Below, piece after piece: positions 24,388 to 33,714 of a stretch of 64,000 nucleotides of DNA (positions are counted from its first letter, which is position 1; the number at the start of each line of letters is the position of its first letter). The stretch lies in the sequence record OR352949.1; one strand, given 5' to 3'. Source of the stretch: Escherichia phage AV119. The notes below the pieces were generated by a model. It was given only the letters and a program-made list of their open reading frames with translations, did not search any database and had not been told where the DNA came from. The translations under genes and the position numbers were made by a program.

Positions 24388-25482
24388 ATGGCAATTGTTA
24401 AAGAAATAACTGCTGATTTAATTAAAAAGTCCGGTGAGAAAATTTCAGCCGGACAGAGTACTAAATCAGAAGTAGCAACTAAAACATACACTGCCCAGTT
24501 TCCAACTGGGCGTGCTAGTGGTAATGACACTACAGGGGACTTCCAGGTAACAGATCTATATAAGAATGGATTATTATTTACTGCATACAATATGTCATCT
24601 AGGGATTCTGGAAGTCTTAGAACGATGAGATCTAACTACTCTTCTTCATCTTCGAGTATTTTACGTACAGCCAGAAACACTATCAGTAATACAGTATCAA
24701 AACTATCAAATGGACTAATATCAGATAATAATTCAGGAACAATAAGTAAAGTTCCTGTTGCAAATATTCTTTTACCTAGATCTAAATCTGACGTCGATAC
24801 GTCATCACATAGATTTAATGATGTTCAAGATAGTCTTATTACAAAAGGTGGAGGTACTGCTACTGGTGTGCTAAGCAATATGGCTTCAACCGCAGTATTT
24901 GGAGCGCTGGAAAGTATAACACAAGGTATAATGGCTGATAATAATGAACAGATTTATACGACAGCCAGAAGCATGTACGGCGGTGCTGAAAATAGAACTA
25001 AAGTGTTCACTTGGGATTTGACTCCGCGCTCAACAGAAGATTTAATGGCTATTATTAATATCTATCAGTATTTTAACTATTTTTCTTACGGTGAAACTGG
25101 TAAATCTCAATATGCTGCTGAAATAAAAGGATATCTAGATGAGTGGTACCGTTCTACTTTTATTGAGCCGTTAACTCCAGAAGATGCAGTTAAAAATAAG
25201 ACGTTATTTGAGAAAATGACATCGAGTTTAACTAACGTTCTTGTAGTTTCAAACCCGACAATTTGGATGGTGAAAAACTTTGGTGCAACATCTAAGTTTG
25301 ATGGAAAAACGGAAATATTTGGCCCATGTCAAATCCAGAGTATCAGATTTGACAAAACACCTAATGGTAACTTTAACGGATTAGCTATTGCTCCAAACCT
25401 CCCTAGTACATTTACTCTCGAGATTACTATGAGAGAAATTATCACGTTAAACCGTGCTTCTTTATATGCGGGGACTTTTTAA
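24388..25482 (+). CDS. 48: baseplate-tail tube junction protein gp48
   Basis: 364 aa as T4 gp48. Confidence 0.9.
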   Translation: MAIVKEITADLIKKSGEKISAGQSTKSEVATKTYTAQFPTGRASGNDTTGDFQVTDLYKNGLLFTAYNMSSRDSGSLRTMRSNYSSSSSSILRTARNTISNTVSKLSNGLISDNNSGTISKVPVANILLPRSKSDVDTSSHRFNDVQDSLITKGGGTATGVLSNMASTAVFGALESITQGIMADNNEQIYTTARSMYGGAENRTKVFTWDLTPRSTEDLMAIINIYQYFNYFSYGETGKSQYAAEIKGYLDEWYRSTFIEPLTPEDAVKNKTLFEKMTSSLTNVLVVSNPTIWMVKNFGATSKFDGKTEIFGPCQIQSIRFDKTPNGNFNGLAIAPNLPSTFTLEITMREIITLNRASLYAGTF

Positions 25483-26447
25483 TGTATTCTTTAGAGGAAT
25501 TTAATAATCAAGCAATAAACGCAGATTTCCAACGTAATAATATGTTTAGCTGCGTTTTTGCAACAACTCCATCAACTAAAAGCTCTTCGTTGATAAGTTC
25601 AATTAGCAACTTTTCTTATAATAACTTGGGCCTAAATTCAGATTGGCTAGGATTAACTCAAGGTGATATTAATCAGGGAATTACCACGCTAATTACAGCT
25701 GGCACACAAAAACTGATAAGAAAATCAGGGGTTAGTAAATATCTTATTGGTGCCATGAGTCAACGTACAGTTCAAAGTTTATTAGGCTCATTTACAGTTG
25801 GTACATATTTAATTGACTTCTTTAACATGGCATATAACTCATCTGGATTGATGATATACTCTGTAAAAATGCCAGAGAATAGATTATCCTATGAAACTGA
25901 CTGGAACTACAACTCTCCTAATATTCGTATAACTGGGAGAGAATTAGACCCTTTGGTTATTTCATTTAGAATGGATTCAGAAGCTTGTAACTATCGTGCA
26001 ATGCAAGACTGGGTTAACGCTGTTCAAGACCCAGTAACTGGACTGCGTGCTTTGCCACAAGATGTCGAGGCAGATATTCAGGTTAATCTTCATTCTCGCA
26101 ATGGATTACCTCATACTGCGGTAATGTTCACCGGATGCATTCCAATGTCAGTGAGCGCTCCTGAATTATCATATGATGGAGATAACCAAATAACTACATT
26201 TGATGTTACTTTTGCGTATAGAGTCATGCAGGCTGGAGCAGTTGATAGGCAAGCTGCGCTTGAATGGCTTGAATCTGCTGCTATAAATGGTATTCAAAGC
26301 GTTCTCGGAAATAGTGGAGGTGTTACTGGACTATCTAATTCGCTTTCACGACTCAGTAGATTAGGTGGAACTGCAGGAAGCATTTCAAACATTAATACTA
26401 TGACAGGAATTGTCAATTCGCAAAGTAAAATATTAGGAGCAATATAA
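25482..26447 (+). CDS. 54: baseplate-tail tube initiator gp54
   Basis: 321 aa (T4 320). Confidence 0.9.
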   Translation: MYSLEEFNNQAINADFQRNNMFSCVFATTPSTKSSSLISSISNFSYNNLGLNSDWLGLTQGDINQGITTLITAGTQKLIRKSGVSKYLIGAMSQRTVQSLLGSFTVGTYLIDFFNMAYNSSGLMIYSVKMPENRLSYETDWNYNSPNIRITGRELDPLVISFRMDSEACNYRAMQDWVNAVQDPVTGLRALPQDVEADIQVNLHSRNGLPHTAVMFTGCIPMSVSAPELSYDGDNQITTFDVTFAYRVMQAGAVDRQAALEWLESAAINGIQSVLGNSGGVTGLSNSLSRLSRLGGTAGSISNINTMTGIVNSQSKILGAI

Positions 26448-26451
26448 CAAT

Positions 26452-26480
26452 GGGGACCTTTCGGTCCCCATATTTTTATT
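26452..26480 (+). terminator. terminator after gene 54
   Basis: ggggaccTTTCGGtcccc then tatttttattt. Confidence 0.75.
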
Positions 26481-26766
26481 TACGGAATGAAATGAAAGCA
26501 GCAACTGAAGCAACTAAACTGTCTTCAATATAAACTTCAATTTTTACCGGAGCTTCTGACTCAAATTTACCTGTTACTACACCCTGAAAAATACTTTCAG
26601 TCTGTTTTGGCTTTGAAAAATTTTCAGAAGGAAAAATTCCGAACTTTTTATCTGTTCCGAAAATTTTGATAAATTCATCGTAAACTGCTTCATTAAAAGC
26701 GTTATCAGCAGGAATAACGCCTTCAACTACAAGTTCTTGACCTAAAAAGCGCAAAGAAGATTTCAT
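26476..26766 (-). CDS. hypothetical protein (alt.-3 position)
   Basis: 96-aa ORF preceded by GTTTAC-type early promoter. Confidence 0.6.
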   Translation of the reverse strand: MKSSLRFLGQELVVEGVIPADNAFNEAVYDEFIKIFGTDKKFGIFPSENFSKPKQTESIFQGVVTGKFESEAPVKIEVYIEDSLVASVAAFISFRK

Positions 26767-26774
26767 TCTGTGTT

Positions 26775-26827
26775 CCTCATGTTATGTCAGTAAGACTACT
26801 ATAACACAACACGAGGGACTTGTAAAC
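26775..26827 (-). promoter_or_regulatory. early promoter plus leader (GTTTAC -35, TATAGT-like -10), 53-bp copy 1
   Basis: minus strand GTTTACaagtccctcgtgttgtgtTATAGTag...; identical to 40072-40124. Confidence 0.65.
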
Positions 26828-27185
26828 TACATTTTGAACTTTTTAGTACGCGGAATAGGCATGCGTCAATTTTATACTGCTTCATTGTTTGAAGAGCAGT
26901 ATCAAAAACAGCATTAATGACGCCAATTGGATTTCCACCCAAGTTTCTAAGCTTAACCAGTGATAATTTCTCATTAACACCTATCATTACGATATGCATC
27001 ATTTTATCGCCCGGCTTAACGTTTTTATTCGTATCACCGCCAGAGGTGTATGTACAAAATCTAAATCCAGGAAGCACACTTTCTTCGCCGGCTTGAATAG
27101 CAAAAATTTGTGGTATTTTATGCTTAGGATTTAAGTTAACAACCGGCGCCGAAGCGCCGTCAAATAATTATGTAATAAGTTCCAT
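26799..27185 (-). pseudogene. truncated paralog of the alt N-terminal region; in-frame TAA after codon 5 (MELIT*), distal 92 codons (GTG start 27077) remain open
   Basis: minus-strand translation MELIT*LFDGASAPVVNLNPKHKIPQIF...PGFRFCTYTSGGDT aligns with Alt N-terminus MELITELFDEDTTLPITNLNPKKKIPQIF...PGFRLCTYTSGGDT. Confidence 0.75.
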
Positions 27186-27188
27186 GAT

Positions 27189-29279
27189 TTATCCTTGAAC
27201 GAACTTGTAAGGCATGTTTGCAATATCTATGCAAGACGCAATAATTCCAAGAGATGATTCTACTTTCTGTTTAACATTTGATGAAACAAATGATGCAAAG
27301 TCAACTCTGTCTTCTATATCACCTGTCATTGTAACCAATTCACCAGTTTCCATTAAATGGTCTCCGTCATAGATTACCGATTCGGTGAGTTCTTCTGTGG
27401 TCATAACTTCAGCTTGAATGAGTTTTGTATTATTAGATGTTGTTCCGTCATTATTAGAAGCATCAGTTATTTTATTAACTTTGACCATCAATCCACGCGG
27501 TAGAATAACTTCAGCTTCTGTTGCTATTCCGAGACTTCCTGGATATACAACATTAACTTTATGAGCTCCATCAATTGCCCATCCTATTTGAACTTTAACG
27601 TATTCAGGATTTTCTTTATACGCTCTTATTTCGTTTGGATTAATAGTTATTCCTTCTTCATTTTTATCAACTGTTAATTCATTGCGAGCTTCTGGTTCTA
27701 AAAGACCAATACCAGCATGTGTGATTCCAAAACGTCCAAAAATGATAGGAGTTAAAGAAGTAGATACAAAATTTCTGAAGTAGAACACTTTATTTTTAAC
27801 TAACGCTTCATATATAGGAGCAGTCATACTTTGAGCACGATAAACTGTAATGCCTTCTGGTATACGGTCACCATTTTCAAAAGCTGAATCTAAGTTATTT
27901 ATAGCAGATTCAATTTCTTTTTCACTCATTACATCATATCGTTCTGGATTGTAACGACCTAAAAGAAGATTATTGATGTCAGTATATCCTGAACCGCAAT
28001 ATTCTCTAATGCCACGCTTTTGTGATGGAGTATATTTAGAACCATCACGGGCAATAGTAATATCAATCATTGGACCAGCACCAATTCCAGAAAAACTGTA
28101 AATCATTCGTTTGAGGAATTTAGTTTTTGCTGCGTTCCAGGAATTTTTAGTTATTTCTTCCCAGACTTCATCTGGTTGTCCTTTACGATTTTTATTATGA
28201 TTAGCAAGCCATTTATCTTTATAATCTTCAAAGAATTGATTTACAGCTGCTGCGTATTTCTCTAAACATTTTATTGAAGTAGTTGGTTCATTTTTAATTG
28301 CATTAAAAATTACTTCTTTAATTTTTTCTGAAACTTCACCGACTTGACTCATTGGAAAGAATTTATAATCATAGTGAAGTTCATCTGCCGTTCCTTCAGC
28401 AATAATTTTTGCTGCCTTTGTTTTAGAAGCTAATGAATTAATTCCAATTTTCATTTCTTCTGCTTCGGGAATTAAAGGTGCAGTAGCTGGTTTATTAAAA
28501 TTAGCTGCTGTAGATTCATACTTCTGGAATAATTCACTTTCAAATCTAGAAGATTCCAATGACTGGCTTTGTGCAATTGCTCTACGGGAAATTTTAACTT
28601 TAACGATTACAGCTTGGTCAGAACGTTTATCATTTTCTTGTGCAATAGATGCTGCAATTGCCTCATTTTTGGTTACTTGAGCTCCGGTATCTTTATTGAT
28701 ATAAACATCACCGACCTTCGATTCAACTTTAGTAAAGAGCTCGGTGCTAATTTCCGGAACTCCTGGAATGTCTTCTAGTGATACATTTTTGCGATGTATA
28801 AGAATATATGCATACTTTTTATCGTAATCCCAGAGTTCCTTAAGAAGGACGTATCTGCCACCCGAACGACTACGGATAAGTCTATCAGCAATAACTTGAA
28901 TTTGTCGAGCTTGACCAGCAGTTTTAGACTTAAGAATACGGAGCATACAGGCATCAATTTTATACTGACGCATCGTCTGCATCGCAACAGTAAAAACTGA
29001 ATTGATGTAATTAATTGGGCTTGGACCGAGACCTTTTAATTTAGCAATTGAACCTTTAGCAGTTAATGTAAAAGGAACAATATGCATCATTTTATCGCCC
29101 ATCTTTAGATCACGGTTAGTATCACCTCCAGATGTATAGGTACATAAACGAAAGCCTGGTTGTTCAATTGCGTCATCAACATGAACTGAAAAAATTTGTG
29201 GTATTTTCTTCTTTGGATTTAAGTTTGTAATCGGAAGAGTAGTATCTTCGTCAAATAATTCTGTAATGAGTTCCATCAT
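27189..29279 (-). CDS. alt: Alt ADP-ribosyltransferase (virion-packaged)
   Basis: 696-aa ORF (T4 Alt ~682); N-terminal MELITE; late promoter upstream. Confidence 0.9.
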   Translation of the reverse strand: MMELITELFDEDTTLPITNLNPKKKIPQIFSVHVDDAIEQPGFRLCTYTSGGDTNRDLKMGDKMMHIVPFTLTAKGSIAKLKGLGPSPINYINSVFTVAMQTMRQYKIDACMLRILKSKTAGQARQIQVIADRLIRSRSGGRYVLLKELWDYDKKYAYILIHRKNVSLEDIPGVPEISTELFTKVESKVGDVYINKDTGAQVTKNEAIAASIAQENDKRSDQAVIVKVKISRRAIAQSQSLESSRFESELFQKYESTAANFNKPATAPLIPEAEEMKIGINSLASKTKAAKIIAEGTADELHYDYKFFPMSQVGEVSEKIKEVIFNAIKNEPTTSIKCLEKYAAAVNQFFEDYKDKWLANHNKNRKGQPDEVWEEITKNSWNAAKTKFLKRMIYSFSGIGAGPMIDITIARDGSKYTPSQKRGIREYCGSGYTDINNLLLGRYNPERYDVMSEKEIESAINNLDSAFENGDRIPEGITVYRAQSMTAPIYEALVKNKVFYFRNFVSTSLTPIIFGRFGITHAGIGLLEPEARNELTVDKNEEGITINPNEIRAYKENPEYVKVQIGWAIDGAHKVNVVYPGSLGIATEAEVILPRGLMVKVNKITDASNNDGTTSNNTKLIQAEVMTTEELTESVIYDGDHLMETGELVTMTGDIEDRVDFASFVSSNVKQKVESSLGIIASCIDIANMPYKFVQG

Positions 29280-29299
29280 ATCCTCTCTAGTGTTTATTC

Positions 29300-29307
29300 T
29301 ATTTATA
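29300..29307 (-). promoter_or_regulatory. late promoter for alt
   Basis: minus-strand TATAAATA 21 nt upstream of alt start. Confidence 0.7.
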
Positions 29308-29328
29308 AAATTAAAGGCCCGAAGGCCT

Positions 29329-29517
29329 TTAATAATCTATTGGTAAGAGAGTACGGTATATTTCAAACTTTGGACCTTTTTCATAGGCATCAAATGTTTC
29401 TGTGAATTTATTATAAGCATATGCATCTATAAATTCAATCATAATTTGTGATACAGAAGTAGAAACATCTCCACCTTCTTTTTGAGCAACGACAATTGTT
29501 TCTAAGTAAGCTTTCAT
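29329..29517 (-). CDS. hypothetical small protein between genes 30 and alt
   Basis: 62-aa ORF overlapping gene 30 stop. Confidence 0.55.
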   Translation of the reverse strand: MKAYLETIVVAQKEGGDVSTSVSQIMIEFIDAYAYNKFTETFDAYEKGPKFEIYRTLLPIDY

Positions 29518-30977
29518 AGACCAGTTACCTCATGAAAATCACCAAATACATCTTCGAATGTATTAGCTTTAGTTTTATCTTCACGCAAACGAATCGCAAT
29601 CGGAAGAAATAATTTAACGTAATCAGTGCGGCCATCAGATTTTAACCAACCGTTGCATTCGCACTCTAGAATTTTTCCAATATAATAATTTTGGTTTTCC
29701 ATAATGCGAGTACGGTCAAGTTCATGCGATTTTACACCGGCTTTATCTTTTAAGCCTGAACCTGCATTTACTTTAATTTTTCCACACTCTGATTCAAGAA
29801 TAAATCCACCAGCTTTAGTAGGGTCTTTACGGTGAGGATAAATTCCTACAATTTTTAAATCAACATCAATTACTTCTTTAAATTTATAGAGATTTTTTGA
29901 ACGAGCATTTTCCCACAATCCGTCGGTATTTTTGAGAATAATACCTTCAAAACCTTGGTCAATATATTTTTTATAAATTACCTTAGCTTCATCTAGGTTA
30001 TTTACTACTTGGTTTTCAATTAAAATTACTTTATCATATCCTGATGTCATTTGTTCTAGTTTAGAAAAACGTACATCATATTTTAAACGAAACGCCGGAA
30101 GACCGTATATTTCTACCAACGGGACATAATCCCAGACCTGAAACTTCATACATTGAGCTTCTTTTTCAGAAATGGTTCCTTTTAAGGATTTATTGGCGAT
30201 TCCATTAGAAGTAGTACGAGATTCCGCTACTTCGGCGAATTCTTTAGCTTTACTAATTTCAGGATAAGCATCAAAAAGAAAATCTAGGCCTTCTGGTTCC
30301 TTTTTAACTTGCTCATGGTATACCAATTCGCCATCAATTAACACACCTTCTGGATGAATCTGGCGGGCTTCAGCAGTCATTTTGATTAACTCTTCCTTAA
30401 GAAGATCTAATCCTAGATATTCATTACCAGCTCGTGATAAAAGACGAACATCATCTAATTCATCACCTCTAACTTCAGCAAAACATCGAGCTCCATCTGC
30501 TTTTAACTGCGCAAAGGCTGGAAATTTGATATTCTTACTAATGCCCTTTTCATCATAAGAACTTGCCAGCATTTGAGGTTGTTCAGGAATTAAACCTGGC
30601 CAAACTTTGTTTGCAATAGATACTGAAGCACCGCATTCAAGGTCTCGCATCATCACTCGACGCAAAACTTCAACATCATCCTTTTTACCATCGGTGATAT
30701 ATCCAGTTAATTCCTCAATTGCAGCATTTCCAGTCAATTTCCGAGTAGCTAACGTGAATTCAATGAAGTCAAGCATATCGGTAATGGTCAGCATTCCAAA
30801 ACTCTGGGTAGCAATACCAGGTTTAGGCCATTTCTTGATATAATACTGTAACCCACGAGAATAAGTCAGACGATATACTCGTTTAAGCAATTCATTATCT
30901 TTATTCTTTTCAAGAATTGCTTGCTTCTGCTTAGTTGATCCAATAGATGCTATTTCATTCAGAATTTTAAGAATCAT
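29514..30977 (-). CDS. 30: ATP-dependent DNA ligase gp30
   Basis: 487 aa as T4 DNA ligase; adenylation motif KADGARC. Confidence 0.95.
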   Translation of the reverse strand: MILKILNEIASIGSTKQKQAILEKNKDNELLKRVYRLTYSRGLQYYIKKWPKPGIATQSFGMLTITDMLDFIEFTLATRKLTGNAAIEELTGYITDGKKDDVEVLRRVMMRDLECGASVSIANKVWPGLIPEQPQMLASSYDEKGISKNIKFPAFAQLKADGARCFAEVRGDELDDVRLLSRAGNEYLGLDLLKEELIKMTAEARQIHPEGVLIDGELVYHEQVKKEPEGLDFLFDAYPEISKAKEFAEVAESRTTSNGIANKSLKGTISEKEAQCMKFQVWDYVPLVEIYGLPAFRLKYDVRFSKLEQMTSGYDKVILIENQVVNNLDEAKVIYKKYIDQGFEGIILKNTDGLWENARSKNLYKFKEVIDVDLKIVGIYPHRKDPTKAGGFILESECGKIKVNAGSGLKDKAGVKSHELDRTRIMENQNYYIGKILECECNGWLKSDGRTDYVKLFLPIAIRLREDKTKANTFEDVFGDFHEVTGL

Positions 30978-31243
30978 TGTTCATCCTTCAGAGTTTGATT
31001 TACAGCTCTATTATAAATCAATTCATCATTAAGCTCAGTCAAAGACCTATGATATGTAGTTCTAACTTTATTTCCTTGCATCCAGTGCTTGACGTAAATG
31101 AAACCTTGCTCTACACATTTTTTAAAAATTCGTTCGTCTTTTTGAGCTCGGAATTCTGGATTGCATCTAAAGAATTGATTTACGTGACCGTAATCACGTG
31201 TAGTATTACCTTCATTTTCATAAATAGTGTGAACGACAAACAT
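30974..31243 (-). CDS. hypothetical protein (30.1 position)
   Basis: 89-aa ORF translationally coupled to neighbours. Confidence 0.6.
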   Translation of the reverse strand: MFVVHTIYENEGNTTRDYGHVNQFFRCNPEFRAQKDERIFKKCVEQGFIYVKHWMQGNKVRTTYHRSLTELNDELIYNRAVNQTLKDEQ

Positions 31244-32106
31244 TAGAATGCTCCTTGGAAAATATTATCACCACTAGTAAATCTATTAAAATACCCTGCA
31301 TCACCAGGCTTAGTATAACTCCACGTATGGAATGGATTCATATGATACGGGTGTGTATAATATGGATTATATGGATGTGTATAATATGGATTATACGGAT
31401 TAAATCCAGGAGTTCTCCAGGTAGTGTTCCAACGAAAAGAATCATTTTTAATCATCTTTTCAATTACATCTTTTATAGCTTTTTCACTATCAAAACTTTC
31501 TTTATTTTCCTTCGGTGAAAAAAGCTTATTTTCTACATCATTCCATGTATAAACTCGCTGAGCGGTTTTTGGAATATTGTCACGCTCTCCTCGCGCCATC
31601 CAATAAACAGGAACATTTAATATTTCACTCGCATGATCGCAATGGTGAGCGAGATCGTCAATGTAACAAATTACGTTATATTTCTCTTTTGCCTTTTTGA
31701 ACAACTCTTCTTTTGAAGAATCATGACCACACATCATTACTTCTGAGAAGGCACCAGGAAAAAGAGCATTCAAATTAAATTGACGATTCAGCAGAGCGTC
31801 AATAGAATCACCCAGTGCTGTAACAGCTACAAAATTATAATCTTCTTTTAATTTGTTAATTACACACAGAGCATCTTTATATGGAGACAAGTAACGAATA
31901 AAATCCGAACGATTGTATTTTTCAATTAACTTGACGCCAAGTTCTTCATCACAATTAAAAAGTTTACCTGGAGAAATAAATTTCTCATCTTGGATCATTT
32001 TTAAAATATGTTCCAACGGAAGGTTATATTTCTGGGCAAAATAAGGAAGGCCTGATTGCCAGCTTAAACATACTCCATCAATATCAGTTAAAATAGTAGG
32101 CTTCAT
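31243..32106 (-). CDS. HAD-like hydrolase-type protein with C-terminal NPY(Y)THPY repeats (30.2 position)
   Basis: 287 aa; N-terminal DxD-type motif LTDIDGV; tandem repeat near C-terminus. Confidence 0.65.
   Translation of the reverse strand: MKPTILTDIDGVCLSWQSGLPYFAQKYNLPLEHILKMIQDEKFISPGKLFNCDEELGVKLIEKYNRSDFIRYLSPYKDALCVINKLKEDYNFVAVTALGDSIDALLNRQFNLNALFPGAFSEVMMCGHDSSKEELFKKAKEKYNVICYIDDLAHHCDHASEILNVPVYWMARGERDNIPKTAQRVYTWNDVENKLFSPKENKESFDSEKAIKDVIEKMIKNDSFRWNTTWRTPGFNPYNPYYTHPYNPYYTHPYHMNPFHTWSYTKPGDAGYFNRFTSGDNIFQGAF
31353..31400. repeat. 24-bp tandem direct repeat x2 (one mismatch) inside the 30.2-position ORF
   Basis: gtgtataatatggattatatggat / gtgtataatatggattatacggat; encodes NPYYTHPY twice. 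Confidence 0.8.
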
Positions 32107-32567
32107 AGAGAGTCTCTTAATAGGTTTAACACATCAATAAATTCAGCTTCGGTTAGTATTGTATCATCCTTTGTTAGACCACTAGCCATGCTGTGCTTCA
32201 AAACTTTTCCTTTCGAGGCTTGTAATGCATCGCGAAAGCCCCTATTTTGGATCGCTGCTTCAAAATATGCATTTGTGTATAATTCTTTCCACGCTGGGGA
32301 GTATCTTGAAAATGGAACTCCAAGCCAGAAGAGGGTCCCACGGTCCTGAGCTCTAGCATAAGACCTTCCAGCTTGTTGGGCGGCAAGCCCAGATAACCCA
32401 AATATACGACGTTGTTGTTCAACGTTTTTCACCTTGCATCCTTGGAGGAATCCTTCAAGACCTCCAAATTGAATACCATCCATAACGAAAGGCCAATGGG
32501 CGAAATTACTTAATGCGCATGATGGCCATCTAAAATTGCTTCTAATCTCTAACTCAGACATTTTCAA
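32103..32567 (-). CDS. NADAR (YbiA-like, DUF1768) domain protein (30.3 position)
   Basis: 154 aa; LSNFAHWPFVMDGIQF matches the YbiA FSNFAAWPIKVDGKTW signature. Confidence 0.75.
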   Translation of the reverse strand: MKMSELEIRSNFRWPSCALSNFAHWPFVMDGIQFGGLEGFLQGCKVKNVEQQRRIFGLSGLAAQQAGRSYARAQDRGTLFWLGVPFSRYSPAWKELYTNAYFEAAIQNRGFRDALQASKGKVLKHSMASGLTKDDTILTEAEFIDVLNLLRDSL

Positions 32568-32760
32568 TACTTATAATTTCAACATCAGCCCAATGACCAT
32601 AGCAAGGAAGACGAAATTCAACTGGCCAGTTAGGGTCCTTTTCTAATATAATAGACTTAACTTGTGGTTCTTCATGTTCATCAGTATATGGATTTTTATC
32701 TGTTACTTTATATGTGACCTTAATGTACTGAATTCCAAAAATCTTATTAATTATATTCAT
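32554..32760 (-). CDS. hypothetical protein
   Basis: 68-aa ORF, overlapping starts and stops. Confidence 0.5.
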   Translation of the reverse strand: MNIINKIFGIQYIKVTYKVTDKNPYTDEHEEPQVKSIILEKDPNWPVEFRLPCYGHWADVEIISIENV

Positions 32761-32954
32761 ACTAATTCCTTTAATCCGTAAATAGGAGATAATTCATCAC
32801 CCATACGAAGGTCTTCATTTCCATCTACCCAGGAAACAATATAAGCCTCTTTTATTTGAACACCACTCCATTTAAATGGAGGTAGAACCTTAGAAATTAA
32901 TCCAGGTATACCAACTCCCTTTAATTCAACAGTTTGACCTAAAAAGAATTTCAT
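32757..32954 (-). CDS. hypothetical protein
   Basis: 65-aa ORF in coupled array. Confidence 0.5.
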   Translation of the reverse strand: MKFFLGQTVELKGVGIPGLISKVLPPFKWSGVQIKEAYIVSWVDGNEDLRMGDELSPIYGLKELV

Positions 32955-33241
32955 TAGAACCTCATCTGAAAACCGTGCGATTTAACATTACCACCGCCAA
33001 TATCAGAAATGTTAATTTCACTCGCAATTGAAGGGTCAATGTCAATTTCGCGATTGAGTTTAGTGATAGCTAAAGTATCACGCCCATTTACTGTACGGAA
33101 TTCTAAAGGACAAACTACATCAACGTAATTTTTAATCGATTCACTGGTAGGTTGCAAATGAGCAGGAAGATCTTTGGGCGCCTTTGAGAAAACCACTTCA
33201 CAGAAATTTTTACGGGTATCAAAATAAGTAGTCATAAACAT
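32954..33241 (-). CDS. hypothetical protein
   Basis: 95-aa ORF in coupled array. Confidence 0.55.
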   Translation of the reverse strand: MFMTTYFDTRKNFCEVVFSKAPKDLPAHLQPTSESIKNYVDVVCPLEFRTVNGRDTLAITKLNREIDIDPSIASEINISDIGGGNVKSHGFQMRF

Positions 33242-33250
33242 GGTATTTTC

Positions 33251-33282
33251 CTCAGTAAGGGGCCGAAGCCCCTCATTTTATT
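33251..33282 (+). terminator. plus-strand hairpin plus T-tract inside the minus-strand early cluster
   Basis: aaggggccGAAGcccctcattttatttt. Confidence 0.4.
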
Positions 33283-33648
33283 TTAAATATCAAATTCATT
33301 AAGAACTACATCAAAGATTGCTTCGAGATGTTCAGGTTTAGCTCTGTTACTCAGAATATGACGAATCCAAGTTTTAACCAAAAGCTTGCGATTAACGCCA
33401 TTCCAGCAAGGATGAGTCCCTAAATCGCGTTGACGAAAATCATCATCCAGAGCGATTTTAAAGTTGGAACCTTCCATTGTGATTGAAACCGTGATGCCAT
33501 TTTCAAATCGCATATAAACGTAATTAGGAGTCATATACTGCTCAATTTCGCATACTGATCCATTTTGATGTTTCCAAAGGCAAATAGTATCAATAGAACC
33601 TGCAATACCATTAGAAACATATTTACGTTCAAAGTTGATGTAGTTCAT
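33283..33648 (-). CDS. hypothetical protein
   Basis: 121-aa ORF with early promoter upstream. Confidence 0.55.
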   Translation of the reverse strand: MNYINFERKYVSNGIAGSIDTICLWKHQNGSVCEIEQYMTPNYVYMRFENGITVSITMEGSNFKIALDDDFRQRDLGTHPCWNGVNRKLLVKTWIRHILSNRAKPEHLEAIFDVVLNEFDI

Positions 33649-33679
33649 TTTTGTTCTCCGAGATGTTTAATTGCGGTAC

Positions 33680-33714
33680 AGGTATATAATATCATATCCT
33701 GTACCAAAGTAAAC
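33680..33714 (-). promoter_or_regulatory. putative early promoter
   Basis: minus strand GTTTAC-N17-TATTATAT; flanked by inverted repeat GGTACAGG/CCTGTACC. Confidence 0.5.

Noticed and set aside
26775-26827. 53-bp exact repeat (second copy 40072-40124) considered as a miniature mobile element
   Set aside because: Both copies sit immediately upstream of minus-strand ORFs and contain GTTTAC -35 and TATAGT-like -10 boxes; best explained as a duplicated early promoter and leader
31255-31518. 87-aa plus-strand ORF with WII repeats
   Set aside because: Lies antisense to the 30.2-position gene and is created by that gene's 24-bp tandem repeat
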